A DNA stretch of 64,000 bases from Alphaproteobacteria bacterium (GTDB taxonomy: Bacteria; Pseudomonadota; Alphaproteobacteria; UBA828), in contig CBDCRW010000005.1 in assembly GCA_965221125.1 (NCBI GenBank), positions 672,001-736,000 on the forward strand. The letters run 5' to 3'. The notes under the pieces were generated by a model, which ran no database searches, was not told the DNA's origin, and saw only the letters and a program-made list of their open reading frames with translations. Shown here one piece after another: positions 26,136 to 35,753 of the stretch; within the stretch, counting starts at the first letter, position 1, and every line of letters starts with the position of its first letter. A program made the translations under genes and the position numbers.

Positions 26136-27680
26136 ATGAACGATGCGGCGCCCGCCATTGAGGTCGAGGGCCTCTCCAAGCGGTTCGACGCGACTGTCGC
26201 CCTCGACGACGTAACGTTTTCCATCCCCCAGGGCGAAATCCGCGCGCTGATCGGCGAGAACGGCGCCGGCAAGTCCACCCTCGTCAAGATCCTGGCGGGG
26301 CTGGTCCGCGAGGACACCGGCTCCATCCGCGTGTTCGGCGAGGACGCGAGCATCGGGCGGCCCGCCCGCGCCCACAGGTTCGGCATTCAGACCGCGTTTC
26401 AGGAAATGACCCTGATCGACGATCTGACCGTCACCCAGAACATGCTGCTGCCCTACGAGCCGCTGGTGGCGGGGCAGATCGACCGGCGCGGGAGCAAGCG
26501 CGCCGTGGTGCAGCACTTCGCCCGGCTCGGGCTCGAGGACGTGGACCCCAACGCGATGGTGAGCGACCTCGCGCTGTCGACCCGCCAGAAGATCGAGATC
26601 GCCAAGGCGGTCGCACGCGAGCCCCGGGTGCTGCTGCTGGACGAGCCCACCTCGACGCTCTCGGCCTCCGACGTCGACTGGCTCGGCGACCTCATCGAGA
26701 GCCTCAACGTGGACGGCGTGACCATCGTCTTCATCTCGCATCGCATGGCGGAGGTGCGCCGCTTCTGCCAGAGCCTCACCGTGCTGCGCAACGGCCGGCA
26801 CGTGGGCTCCTACGGGATCGACGAGGTGACTGACGACGAGGTGGTGAGCCTCGTCATCGGCCGCTCCCTCGGCGCGATCTATCCCGAGCGCGAGAACTAC
26901 CGCCAGGCCGACGCGGCGACGCCGGCCTTCGCGGGCGAAGGGCTCACCATCGGGGGCACGCTGGACGATCTCTCGTTCCAGCTCTGGCCCGGCGAGGTGC
27001 TCGGCATCGGCGCGCTCCAGGGCATGGGCCAGCGCGAGCTGTTCGAGGCGCTCTTCGGCGAGCGCGGCGTGGACAGCGGCACCATCGCGCTCGGCGGCAA
27101 GCCGCTCACGCTCGCCTCGCCGGCGGACGCGGTGCGCGCCGGCATCAGCATGGTGCCGGAGGACCGCAAGACCGAGGCGCTGTTCCTCAGGCTCACCGGG
27201 GGCGCCAACGCCTCGATCCCGATCATCGACCGCTTCGCGTCGGCCGGCTGGATCGACCGCAAGGCCGAGGCCGCCGCCGTGGACGAGGTGCTGAACGACC
27301 TGCAGGTGCACCCCCGCGCGCTCTACAAGACCGCGTCGTCGTTCTCCGGCGGCAACCAGCAGAAGATCGCCATCGCCAAGTGGCTGCTGGCGCGGAGCCA
27401 GGTGCTGCTCACGTTCGATCCGACGCGGGGCGTGGACATCGGCACCAAGCACGAGATCTACGTGCTGATCCGCGCGCTCGCCAGGGCCGGCGTCGCAATC
27501 CTCTACTACACGACCGAGATTCCGGAACTGGTGAACATCTGCGACCGGGTGCTGGTCATGTATCGCGGCCGCGCCGTGAAGGAACTGATCGGCGACGAGA
27601 TCACCGAGCAGGCGATCATGGGCTACGCGCTCGGCGCCGAGCGGCCGGCCGACGCGGCGCAGCCGGGAGCGGCCCCGTGA
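26136..27680 (+). CDS. Sugar ABC transporter ATP-binding protein (RbsA-like, two NBDs)
   Basis: GENGAGKST, LLDEPTS, VPEDRK, FSGGNQQK, DPTRGVDIG. Confidence 0.93.
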   Translation: MNDAAPAIEVEGLSKRFDATVALDDVTFSIPQGEIRALIGENGAGKSTLVKILAGLVREDTGSIRVFGEDASIGRPARAHRFGIQTAFQEMTLIDDLTVTQNMLLPYEPLVAGQIDRRGSKRAVVQHFARLGLEDVDPNAMVSDLALSTRQKIEIAKAVAREPRVLLLDEPTSTLSASDVDWLGDLIESLNVDGVTIVFISHRMAEVRRFCQSLTVLRNGRHVGSYGIDEVTDDEVVSLVIGRSLGAIYPERENYRQADAATPAFAGEGLTIGGTLDDLSFQLWPGEVLGIGALQGMGQRELFEALFGERGVDSGTIALGGKPLTLASPADAVRAGISMVPEDRKTEALFLRLTGGANASIPIIDRFASAGWIDRKAEAAAVDEVLNDLQVHPRALYKTASSFSGGNQQKIAIAKWLLARSQVLLTFDPTRGVDIGTKHEIYVLIRALARAGVAILYYTTEIPELVNICDRVLVMYRGRAVKELIGDEITEQAIMGYALGAERPADAAQPGAAP

Positions 27681-29755
27681 GCGATATCCCGGCCACGCGC
27701 CTGCCGCGGCTCTCCTGGCAGCAGGGGCTTGCGCGGAACCGGCGGCTCCTGGTCGCGGTCACGGCCTTCATCGGCATCTTCGCCTGCCTCGACGTGATCT
27801 CGCCCGGCCCGATCAGCTATTTCGAGATCAACTTCCTCTCGTCCAACACCGGGCCGCTGGCCTTCGCCGCCATGGGCCAGACGGTGGTGTTCCTGATCGG
27901 CGGGTTCGATCTCTCCTGCGGCGCGGTGCTCTCACTGGTCAACGTGATCATGGCGCTGCACACCACCGATTCCCTGTGGAGCCAGGTGCTGATGTGCTTC
28001 GCGGGCCTCGGCATCGGGGCTGCCGTCGGCGCCGTCAACGGCTTCTTCATCGCCTACATGCGGCTGCAGCCGGTGGTGGTCACGCTGGCGGTGATGTTCA
28101 TCATCCTGGGGCTAAACCTGCTGCTGATGCCGGACCCGGGCGGCTACATCCCCTACGGCCTCTCGATGGTCTTCACCGGCGACCTGATCCCCGACGGCTT
28201 CCCTGCAGCGCTCCTCGTCATCCTGCTGGCGCTAGGGCTGTGGGCGCTCATCAAGCGCTCGCGCTTCGGCACCGCGCTCTACGCCGTCGGCAGCAACGAG
28301 GACGCCGCCTTCGCCAACGGCATCTCGGTCGCGCGGACCAAGTTCTTCGGCTACACGCTGGCCGGCACCTTCTACGGCGCGGGCGGGGTCTTCCTCAGCG
28401 CGCAGACCAGCTCCGGCGATCCGCTGGTGGGCAGCGGCATGCTGCTCCTCATCTTCGCCGCGACCATCCTGGGCGGGACGCGAATCGGCGGCGGCGAGGG
28501 CGGCTGCCTCGGCACCGTGTTCGCGGCGTTCACGCTGATGCTGATCTCGAACGTGCTGATCGTGCTCAACTGGTCGCCCAACGTCATGCCGATCACGGAA
28601 GCCGTAATCCTGCTGCTGGCGGTGATCGGCGCCTCCATCGGCCGCGACACGTCCTTGGCCGAGTACTGGCGGGTGACCGGCCTCAAGATATCGGGGCTCC
28701 GGCACCGGAGCCTCCCCTCCTTCCACGGCAGCGCGCGGGCCAACGCGGGCAAGCTCGCCACGAGCTGGACCCCGCGGCCGAGCGACGAGCTGAAGGGGCC
28801 GCAGCTCTGGCAATGGACGACGAAGAACTGGGACGTGCTCCGCCTGATGGTGCCGGCGTGGACACTGCTGGTCGTGGTCTACATCCTCGTGGTCGCGGTG
28901 ATCGGCGGCGAGAGCGTGAGCGTCCACTACCTCAACTCGCTGCTGACGCTGGCGCTCTTCCTCGCCGTGCTCGGTCTCGGCCAGGGCGCGGTGGTGCTCA
29001 CCGGCGGGCTCGACCTCTCGGTGCCGCACACATTAGCCTTCACCGGCGTGGTGCTGGCGGCCGTCTGCAACGGGATGGACGCGCCGGCCTACTGGGCGGT
29101 GCCGATGGTGCTGGCGATCGGCATCGGCGTCGGCCTCTTCAACGGCATCGGCGTGGTGCTCTTCGGCATGCCGGCGATCGTCGTCACGCTCGCCACCAAC
29201 GGCATCATGCAGGGCGCGGGGCTCCTCTTTACCGGCGGCATTCCCACCGGGCGCTCGCCGCCGGCGCTGGTGTGGTTCTTCACCGAGCGGCTGGCCGGGC
29301 TCGCGCCCGCCGCCTGGTTCCTCCTCGCCTTCGCCGGCGTCGCCTACGTCGTGCTGCACCGCACCACCTTCGGCCGGCGCGTCTTCGCGGTCGGCAACAG
29401 CGCGCGGGTGGCGCGGCTCTCGGGCGTGCGCGTCGACTGGACGACGCTCGGCGTCTACGTGCTGAGCGGCTTCTGCTCGGCGCTGGCCGGCGTGCTGATG
29501 ACCGGCTTCTCCACCGTCTCCTTCCTCAACATGGGCCAGCGCTTCCTGCTGCCGGCGATCGCCGTCGTGCTGGTGGGCGGCACGCTCGCCATCGGCGGGC
29601 GCGGGCACTATCTCGGCATATTCGGCGGCGCGCTGCTGCTGACGGCGGTGGGCACGCTGGTCTCGGGCTCGGAGCTTCACTTCGCCTGGCGCGACATCAT
29701 CTTCGGCATCGTTGTCCTCGGCGCCGTCCTGACGCTCCGCGAACGTGCGAGTTGA
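27677..29755 (+). CDS. ABC permease with two fused RbsC-type domains
   Basis: Two copies of GG(F/L)DLS...(V/I)VTLA...FG...(Y/F)AVG.(N/S)...GG; 692 aa; GTGA overlap with the ATPase. Confidence 0.87.
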   Translation: MSDIPATRLPRLSWQQGLARNRRLLVAVTAFIGIFACLDVISPGPISYFEINFLSSNTGPLAFAAMGQTVVFLIGGFDLSCGAVLSLVNVIMALHTTDSLWSQVLMCFAGLGIGAAVGAVNGFFIAYMRLQPVVVTLAVMFIILGLNLLLMPDPGGYIPYGLSMVFTGDLIPDGFPAALLVILLALGLWALIKRSRFGTALYAVGSNEDAAFANGISVARTKFFGYTLAGTFYGAGGVFLSAQTSSGDPLVGSGMLLLIFAATILGGTRIGGGEGGCLGTVFAAFTLMLISNVLIVLNWSPNVMPITEAVILLLAVIGASIGRDTSLAEYWRVTGLKISGLRHRSLPSFHGSARANAGKLATSWTPRPSDELKGPQLWQWTTKNWDVLRLMVPAWTLLVVVYILVVAVIGGESVSVHYLNSLLTLALFLAVLGLGQGAVVLTGGLDLSVPHTLAFTGVVLAAVCNGMDAPAYWAVPMVLAIGIGVGLFNGIGVVLFGMPAIVVTLATNGIMQGAGLLFTGGIPTGRSPPALVWFFTERLAGLAPAAWFLLAFAGVAYVVLHRTTFGRRVFAVGNSARVARLSGVRVDWTTLGVYVLSGFCSALAGVLMTGFSTVSFLNMGQRFLLPAIAVVLVGGTLAIGGRGHYLGIFGGALLLTAVGTLVSGSELHFAWRDIIFGIVVLGAVLTLRERAS

Positions 29756-29867
29756 CCGGGTAGACCGTGCCCGGCTTGCGGCGCCTGGGGCGCGCGGGTA
29801 GCCTCTCGCCCGCACGCGCGAGCGGGCTGACGCTCCGCGCTGCACAGTGATCGTAAGCCCGGTGCCC

Positions 29868-31229
29868 ATGCAGAAACTCCTGATCGCGAACCGGGGCGAG
29901 ATAGCCTGCCGGATCATGCGGAGCGCGCGCTCGCTCGGTATCGCGACGGTCGCGGTCTATTCCGAGGCCGACGCCGACGCCCGTCACGTGGCCCAGGCCG
30001 ACGAGGCGCTCCCCATCGGGCCGGCGGCCGCGAAGGAGAGCTACCTGGTCGCCGACAAGATCATCGCGGCGGCGCGCGAGAGCGGCGCCGATGCGATCCA
30101 TCCGGGCTACGGCTTCCTCGCCGAGAACCCCTCTTTCGCGCAGGCGGTGGAGGACGCGGGCCTCGTCTGGGTCGGACCGACGGCGGAGAGCATCGCCGCC
30201 ATGGGCGACAAGGAGCGCGCGCGGACCATCGCGCGGGACGCGGGCCTTCCCGTCGTCCCCGGCAGCGCGCGGCTCACGGCGGACGATCTCTCCGGACTCG
30301 ACGAGATGGCGCAGGCGGTGGGCTTCCCCCTGCTGGTGAAGGCGTCCGCCGGCGGCGGCGGCATCGGCATGCGGCAGGTGGACGACCCGGCCAAGCTAGC
30401 CGACGTGGTCGGCGCGACCCAGACCATGGCCGAGCGCGCGTTCGGCGACGGCACGGTCTACCTGGAGAAGCTGGTGCTCCAGCCGCGCCACGTGGAGATC
30501 CAGGTCTTCGGGCACGGCGACGGGCGCGGCTTCCACCTCATGGAGCGCGAGTGCTCGGTGCAGCGGCGCTTCCAGAAGATCGTCGAGGAGGTGCCGTCCC
30601 CGGCAGTGGACCCGGCGCTGCGCGCGCGCATGACCGATGCCGCGCTCGCCCTGGTGGAGCGGGAGCGCTACCGCGGCGCCGGCACGGTCGAGTTCATCCT
30701 GGCGCCGGACGGCGCGTTCTACTTCCTGGAGATGAACACGCGCATCCAGGTCGAGCACCCGGCGACGGAGATGATCACCGGCCTCGACCTGGTGGGCCTG
30801 CAGCTCCGCCTCGCGCGGGGCGAGGACCTGTCGGCACTCGCCGCGCCGGCAGACGGGCCCGACGGCCACGCCATCGAGTGCCGCATCTATGCCGAGAACC
30901 CGGACAGGAATTTCCTGCCCTCGCCCGGCCTGCTGGAGCGCTTCGCGCCGCCGCCGGAGGGAGAGGGCATCCGGCTGGATACCGGCGTGGCCGAGGGCGA
31001 CCGCATCACGCCCTACTACGACCCCATGATCGCCAAGCTCGTGGCCCACGGCGGCGACCGCGCTGCCGCCATCGACAAGATGCTGACGGCCCTCGGCGAA
31101 TTCCGTATAGAGGGGATCGTCACCAACATCGACTTCCTGCGCCGGGTTGTCGACCACGACGCCTTCCGCGCCGGCCGCACGCACACCGGCTTCGTGGACG
31201 AGCATCGGTCGGACCTGATGGCCGCCTGA
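29868..31229 (+). CDS. Biotin carboxylase (ATP-grasp) subunit
   Basis: KLLIANRGEIA, HPGYGFLAEN, GGGGIGM, ERECSVQRRFQK, EMNTRIQVEH, YYDPMIAK. No biotinyl domain. Confidence 0.93.
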   Translation: MQKLLIANRGEIACRIMRSARSLGIATVAVYSEADADARHVAQADEALPIGPAAAKESYLVADKIIAAARESGADAIHPGYGFLAENPSFAQAVEDAGLVWVGPTAESIAAMGDKERARTIARDAGLPVVPGSARLTADDLSGLDEMAQAVGFPLLVKASAGGGGIGMRQVDDPAKLADVVGATQTMAERAFGDGTVYLEKLVLQPRHVEIQVFGHGDGRGFHLMERECSVQRRFQKIVEEVPSPAVDPALRARMTDAALALVERERYRGAGTVEFILAPDGAFYFLEMNTRIQVEHPATEMITGLDLVGLQLRLARGEDLSALAAPADGPDGHAIECRIYAENPDRNFLPSPGLLERFAPPPEGEGIRLDTGVAEGDRITPYYDPMIAKLVAHGGDRAAAIDKMLTALGEFRIEGIVTNIDFLRRVVDHDAFRAGRTHTGFVDEHRSDLMAA

Positions 31230-31253
31230 ACGCCGGCTCGAGAAAGCAGCGCC

Positions 31254-32123
31254 ATGATCTACGAAGAAGCCAAATTCCTGCCGGGCGGCGACCGCTACGT
31301 GCTGATCGAGTTCGGCAACGAGATGAACCTCGAGCTGAACTTCATCGCGCAGGGGCTGGCGGCGCGCATCGTCGCCGACAAGACCAAGGGCATCGTCGAG
31401 ACCGCGCCCTGCTTCGCCTCGATGCTGGTCCACTACGAGCCGCGCGATATCTCCTACGACGACGTGGTGAAGGAGCTGAAGGCGCTGATCGCGAGCCTCG
31501 GCTCCACCGACGACATCGAGCTCGACAGCCGGCTCTTCCTGTTCGAGACCATGTATCTCGACCCCTGGACGAAGGAGTGCATCGACGACTACAGCGAGAA
31601 GATCACGCCCAAGGAGTACGACCCGGACCTGGTGGCGCGGCTCAACGGCCTCGCCGACCGCGACCAGCTCGTCCGCGTCCATTCAAGCTCGGAGTACTGG
31701 GTCGCCTCCCTCGGCTTCTGGCCGGGCCTGCCATTCCTCCAGCCGCTCGACCCGCGGGCGATGATCACGGTGCCCAAGTACAATCCGCCCCGCACATGGA
31801 CGCCGCAGGGGACGGTCGGCATGGGGGGGTCCGCGAGCGCGATCTACCCGGTCAACACGCCGGGCGGCTATCAGCTCCTCGGCCGCACGCCGGTGCCGAT
31901 CTGGGACACCGAGAAGCGCTTCGACGTCTTCGGCGGGGACATCGTGCTCTTCCAGCCCGGCGACCGGATCAAGTTCGTGCCCGTGACCCAGGAGGGCTAC
32001 GAGCAGGCGGAAGCGCGGATCGAGGACGGCACCTACCTCTACAACGTCGTCGAGTATCAGCGCTTCTCGGTGCACAACTACAAGCTCTGGATCGACAAGC
32101 TGGACCAGAGCCAGCGCTTCTGA
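31254..32123 (+). CDS. KipI/PxpB (allophanate hydrolase subunit 1 / urea-carboxylase CT) family protein
   Basis: GDRYVLIEFG, LGFWPGLPFL, PKYNPPRTWTPQGTVGMGG, IYPVNTPGGYQLLGRT, PGDRIKF. Confidence 0.85.
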   Translation: MIYEEAKFLPGGDRYVLIEFGNEMNLELNFIAQGLAARIVADKTKGIVETAPCFASMLVHYEPRDISYDDVVKELKALIASLGSTDDIELDSRLFLFETMYLDPWTKECIDDYSEKITPKEYDPDLVARLNGLADRDQLVRVHSSSEYWVASLGFWPGLPFLQPLDPRAMITVPKYNPPRTWTPQGTVGMGGSASAIYPVNTPGGYQLLGRTPVPIWDTEKRFDVFGGDIVLFQPGDRIKFVPVTQEGYEQAEARIEDGTYLYNVVEYQRFSVHNYKLWIDKLDQSQRF

Positions 32124-32145
32124 TCGACCCTGCGGACGACGCGGC

Positions 32146-33063
32146 TTACGGCCCGAGGCTCGCCTTCGGCCCCCGGCCGCCGCCGTGGACCGCCTCCCGG
32201 CGCGCGATGTAGAGCCCGCTCGCCACGATGATGGCCGCGCCCAGCCAGGTCCACAGGTCGACGACCTCGCCGAACCAGAGGAAGCCGACCACCGCCGCGC
32301 CGAGCAGCTGGCCGTAGTCGAACGGGCCCACCACCGAGGCGCGGCCGTACTCGTAGGCCTTGATGACGCAGTAGTGGCCGAAGCCGCCGAACACGCCGAG
32401 GCCGATGAAGGCGCCCCAGTGGGCAAGGCTTGCGGGCCACGTCCAGAAGAAGGGGCCTGCGATCGTGGTTGCCACCAGGGCGACGACGATCGTGTAGATC
32501 GCGGTCGTGCGGTAGTCGTCGTGGGCCGCGAGCTGGCGGGTCTGAATCTGGAAGAGCGCGTAAGCGGCGGCGGCGCCCAGCACCAGCAGGAACGACCAGT
32601 GGATGATCTCGCCGCCGGGGCGAAAGATCACGGCCGCGCCGGCGAAGCCCACCGCGACGGCGGCCCAGCGGCGGGGGCCCACGCGCTCCCCCAGCATCGG
32701 CACCGAGAGCGCCACCACCATCAGCGGCGCCGTGAAGAAGGCCATCGTGATCGCCGTGAGCGGCACGTGAGAGAGGGCGATGATGTAGAGCACCAGGGCC
32801 ACGAGCTGCAGCGCCGAGCGCACGAGCTGCAGGGCAGGCCGGTTGCTGCGCAAGAGACGGATGCCGCCATAGGGCAGGAACAGCGCGAGCATCCACGCCA
32901 TGTGGACGACGGAGCGCATCCACATGATCTGCACGATCGAATAGTCGTTCGTGAGCAGATACTTGACCAGCGCGTTGAGCAGCGGAAAGACGACCACCGC
33001 AGTGAGGCACATGAAGACGATGCCTCGGATCGAATCGTCGAGGCGCGCGGGCCGGGCGGTCAT
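32146..33063 (-). CDS. DMT/EamA-family transporter
   Basis: About 10 TM segments, LGERVGPRRW..V.VGF.G, PFDY.QL. Confidence 0.88.
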   Translation of the reverse strand: MTARPARLDDSIRGIVFMCLTAVVVFPLLNALVKYLLTNDYSIVQIMWMRSVVHMAWMLALFLPYGGIRLLRSNRPALQLVRSALQLVALVLYIIALSHVPLTAITMAFFTAPLMVVALSVPMLGERVGPRRWAAVAVGFAGAAVIFRPGGEIIHWSFLLVLGAAAAYALFQIQTRQLAAHDDYRTTAIYTIVVALVATTIAGPFFWTWPASLAHWGAFIGLGVFGGFGHYCVIKAYEYGRASVVGPFDYGQLLGAAVVGFLWFGEVVDLWTWLGAAIIVASGLYIARREAVHGGGRGPKASLGP

Positions 33064-33116
33064 CAGCTCGTTCTATGGGATCGTTCATGACCGTGCCAGA
33101 GCAGGCGCCGGCCGAC

Positions 33117-34010
33117 TCAGGCCGCCGTTCGCCTCAGGCGCGCTTCCCGGTGGGCGATGTAGAGGCCGCTCGCGATGATCACGGCGGCGCCCACCCAGGT
33201 CCAGGTGTCGGGGATCTCGCCGAAGAGCAGAAAGCCGAAGAGGCTCGCGCCCACGAGCTGGCTGTAGTCGAAGGGGCCGACCAGCGAGGCTTCGGCGTAC
33301 TGATAGGCCTTGATGATGAAGTAGTGGGCGAGCCCGCCGACGATGCCGAGCGATATGAACAGCAGCCAGTCCGCCGTGCTGCGCGGCGTCTCCCAGAAGA
33401 ACGGCACCGCGACCGTGGCCACGATGAAGGCGGCGAGGATGGTGTAGACCGCCGTCGTGCGCGGGTCGTCGTAGCCCGCGAGCTTGCGCGTCTGGATCTG
33501 ATAGATGGCGTAGAAGAACGCGCCGCCGAGGACGAGCAGCGCGCCCCAGTGCACCACGTCGGCGCCGGGGCGGAGCACGATGAGCACGCCCGCGAAGCCG
33601 ACGAAGACCGCCGCCCAGCGGCGCGGCCCCACCCGCTCGCCGAGGAAGGGCACCGATAGCGCCACCAGCATCAGCGGGCCGGTGAAGAGCACCATGGTGA
33701 CGGTGGTGATCGGCGTCCAGAAGAGCGCGACCCAGATCAGCGTGAAGGTGACGAGCTGGGTGAGCGAGCGGATCGACTGCAGCCACGGGCGCCGGCTCGC
33801 GAAGAGCCTCGGTCCCATCGCCGGCATGAAGAGCGCCACCATCAAGCCCAGGTGCACGACGCAGCGGAACCAAATGATCTGCGCCATGTGGTAGTCGGCG
33901 ATGAGCAGCTTCACGAGGGCGTTGAGCCCCGGCAGCCCGAAGCCCGCGGCCACGCACATGTAGAGCACGCCCACCAGCGGCGCGGCGGACTGGGATCGCG
34001 GGGAAACCAT
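33117..34010 (-). CDS. DMT/EamA-family transporter (paralog of its neighbour)
   Basis: Same motifs (LGERVGPRRWAAV, GPFDYSQL); tandem paralogs. Confidence 0.88.
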   Translation of the reverse strand: MVSPRSQSAAPLVGVLYMCVAAGFGLPGLNALVKLLIADYHMAQIIWFRCVVHLGLMVALFMPAMGPRLFASRRPWLQSIRSLTQLVTFTLIWVALFWTPITTVTMVLFTGPLMLVALSVPFLGERVGPRRWAAVFVGFAGVLIVLRPGADVVHWGALLVLGGAFFYAIYQIQTRKLAGYDDPRTTAVYTILAAFIVATVAVPFFWETPRSTADWLLFISLGIVGGLAHYFIIKAYQYAEASLVGPFDYSQLVGASLFGFLLFGEIPDTWTWVGAAVIIASGLYIAHREARLRRTAA

Positions 34011-34060
34011 GCGGCACTTGTAGGCGCCCCGGCATGGGAAGGCCATGCCGGGAGAAGTGG

Positions 34061-35683
34061 TTAGGTGTTGGCAGGCGCCTCGGCCTGGAGCGGCGGCTTG
34101 CCGAGGATCATGTCGGCCGCCTTCTCCGCGATCATGATGGTGGGCGCCGCGGTGTTGCTGCTGGTGATCAGCGGCATGACGGAGGCGTCGACGACCCTCA
34201 AACCCTCAGCCCCGCGCAGCCGCAGCTGCTCGTCCACCACGGCGCTCTCGTCCCGGCCCATGCGGCAGGTGCCGACAGGATGCCAGACGGTGGTGAGGTT
34301 GGCCCTGATCCAGGCGTCGATCTCGTCGTCGCTTTGCGCGTCCTCGCCGGGCGCGATCTCGTGGCCGCGGTAGGGGTCGAACGGCGCCTGGGCCATGATC
34401 CGCCGCGCGAAGCGGACCGCGTCTCGCATCACCCGCCGGTCGGTCTCGGCGCTGAGCGTGTTGGCGTGGATCGCCGGCGGCAGGCTCGCGTCCGCCGCGG
34501 TGACGCGGATCTCGCCCCGGCTCTCGGGCCGGAGCTGATAGCAGTGGGTGAGGAAGCCGTGCCGCCCCTGCTTTTTGCGGGTCACGTCCAGGGTGAGGCC
34601 GGGGATGAAGGTGACCTGCAGATCGGGCGCGTCCAGCCCCTCGCGGCTCCGCGCGAAGCCGCCGGCCTCCAGCGCGATCGAGGTGCCGGGGCCGGTGCCG
34701 AAGAGGTAGGCGCCCAGGCAGGCGAGCGCCGCGCGGTCCGGCCTGAGCAGGCCGTAGAGCGCGACCGGCTGCGTACACGCGTTCTGTACGTAGACGCCAG
34801 CGTGGTCCTGCAGGTTGCGGCCCACGTCCGGGCTTTCCAGAACCACGTCGATGCCGAGGGAGTTCAAATGCTCCGGCGCGCCGATGCCCGAGAGCTGCAG
34901 CACCTGGGGCGAGTTGATCGTGCCGGCCGAGAGGATCACTTCGCGCCGCGCGCGGATCTCGTGCCGCCGCCCGCCCCGGCGGTAGGCGACGCCGACGCAG
35001 CGCCGGCCCTCGAACAGCAGCCGCTCCACGTGGGCCCGCAGCACCACGCGCAGGTTCGGCCGCTCGCGCACCGGCAGGATGAAGGCATGGCCCGTGTTCA
35101 CCCGCCGCCCCTTATCGACGCAAAAGTCCTGCCGGCCGACGCCTTCCTGCACCGCGCCGTTGAAATCGTCGTTGCGCGGCAGGCCCATCGCCGCGCAGGC
35201 CTCGAGGAAGACGCCGTAGAGCGGGTTCTTCGACTGGGCGCGGTTGACGCGGAGCGGGCCGTCGGTGCCGTGATAGGCGTCGCGGCGCGAGCCGTGGCCC
35301 TCCGCCCGCTTGAAGTAGGGCAGCACGCTCTCGTAATCCCAGCCGTCGAGGCCGAGCTGGCGCCAGCCGTCGTAGTCCCGGCGGTTGCCGCGCATGTACA
35401 TCATGCCGTTGATCGCGGACGTGCCGCCCAGCACCTTGCCGCGCGGCCAGGGGATGCGGCGCCCGTCGAGATGGGGTTCGGGCTCGGTCTCGTAGCTCCA
35501 GTTGATCGAGCGCATGAAGTAGACGAGCCCCGCCATCAGCGGGATGTGGATGAAGGGATGGCGCGCCTCGCCGCCGGCCTCCAGCAGCGCGACGCTGGCC
35601 TCAGGCTCGGCCGAGAGCCGGTTGGCCAGCACGCAGCCGGCGGTGCCGCCGCCGATCACGACGAAATCATGCTCGTCCGCCAT
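34061..35683 (-). CDS. GMC oxidoreductase (choline dehydrogenase-like)
   Basis: GGGTAG, PRGKVLGGTSAINGM, VGRNLQDH, WHPVGTCRMG, LRVVDASVMP, SNTAAP. Confidence 0.92.
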   Translation of the reverse strand: MADEHDFVVIGGGTAGCVLANRLSAEPEASVALLEAGGEARHPFIHIPLMAGLVYFMRSINWSYETEPEPHLDGRRIPWPRGKVLGGTSAINGMMYMRGNRRDYDGWRQLGLDGWDYESVLPYFKRAEGHGSRRDAYHGTDGPLRVNRAQSKNPLYGVFLEACAAMGLPRNDDFNGAVQEGVGRQDFCVDKGRRVNTGHAFILPVRERPNLRVVLRAHVERLLFEGRRCVGVAYRRGGRRHEIRARREVILSAGTINSPQVLQLSGIGAPEHLNSLGIDVVLESPDVGRNLQDHAGVYVQNACTQPVALYGLLRPDRAALACLGAYLFGTGPGTSIALEAGGFARSREGLDAPDLQVTFIPGLTLDVTRKKQGRHGFLTHCYQLRPESRGEIRVTAADASLPPAIHANTLSAETDRRVMRDAVRFARRIMAQAPFDPYRGHEIAPGEDAQSDDEIDAWIRANLTTVWHPVGTCRMGRDESAVVDEQLRLRGAEGLRVVDASVMPLITSSNTAAPTIMIAEKAADMILGKPPLQAEAPANT

Positions 35684-35753
35684 GCTCCCCCCTGCATCGT
35701 GGCGGAGTGTGTCTTAGACTGCGCCGCCCGCAACCGCCAGCACGGATCCCGCC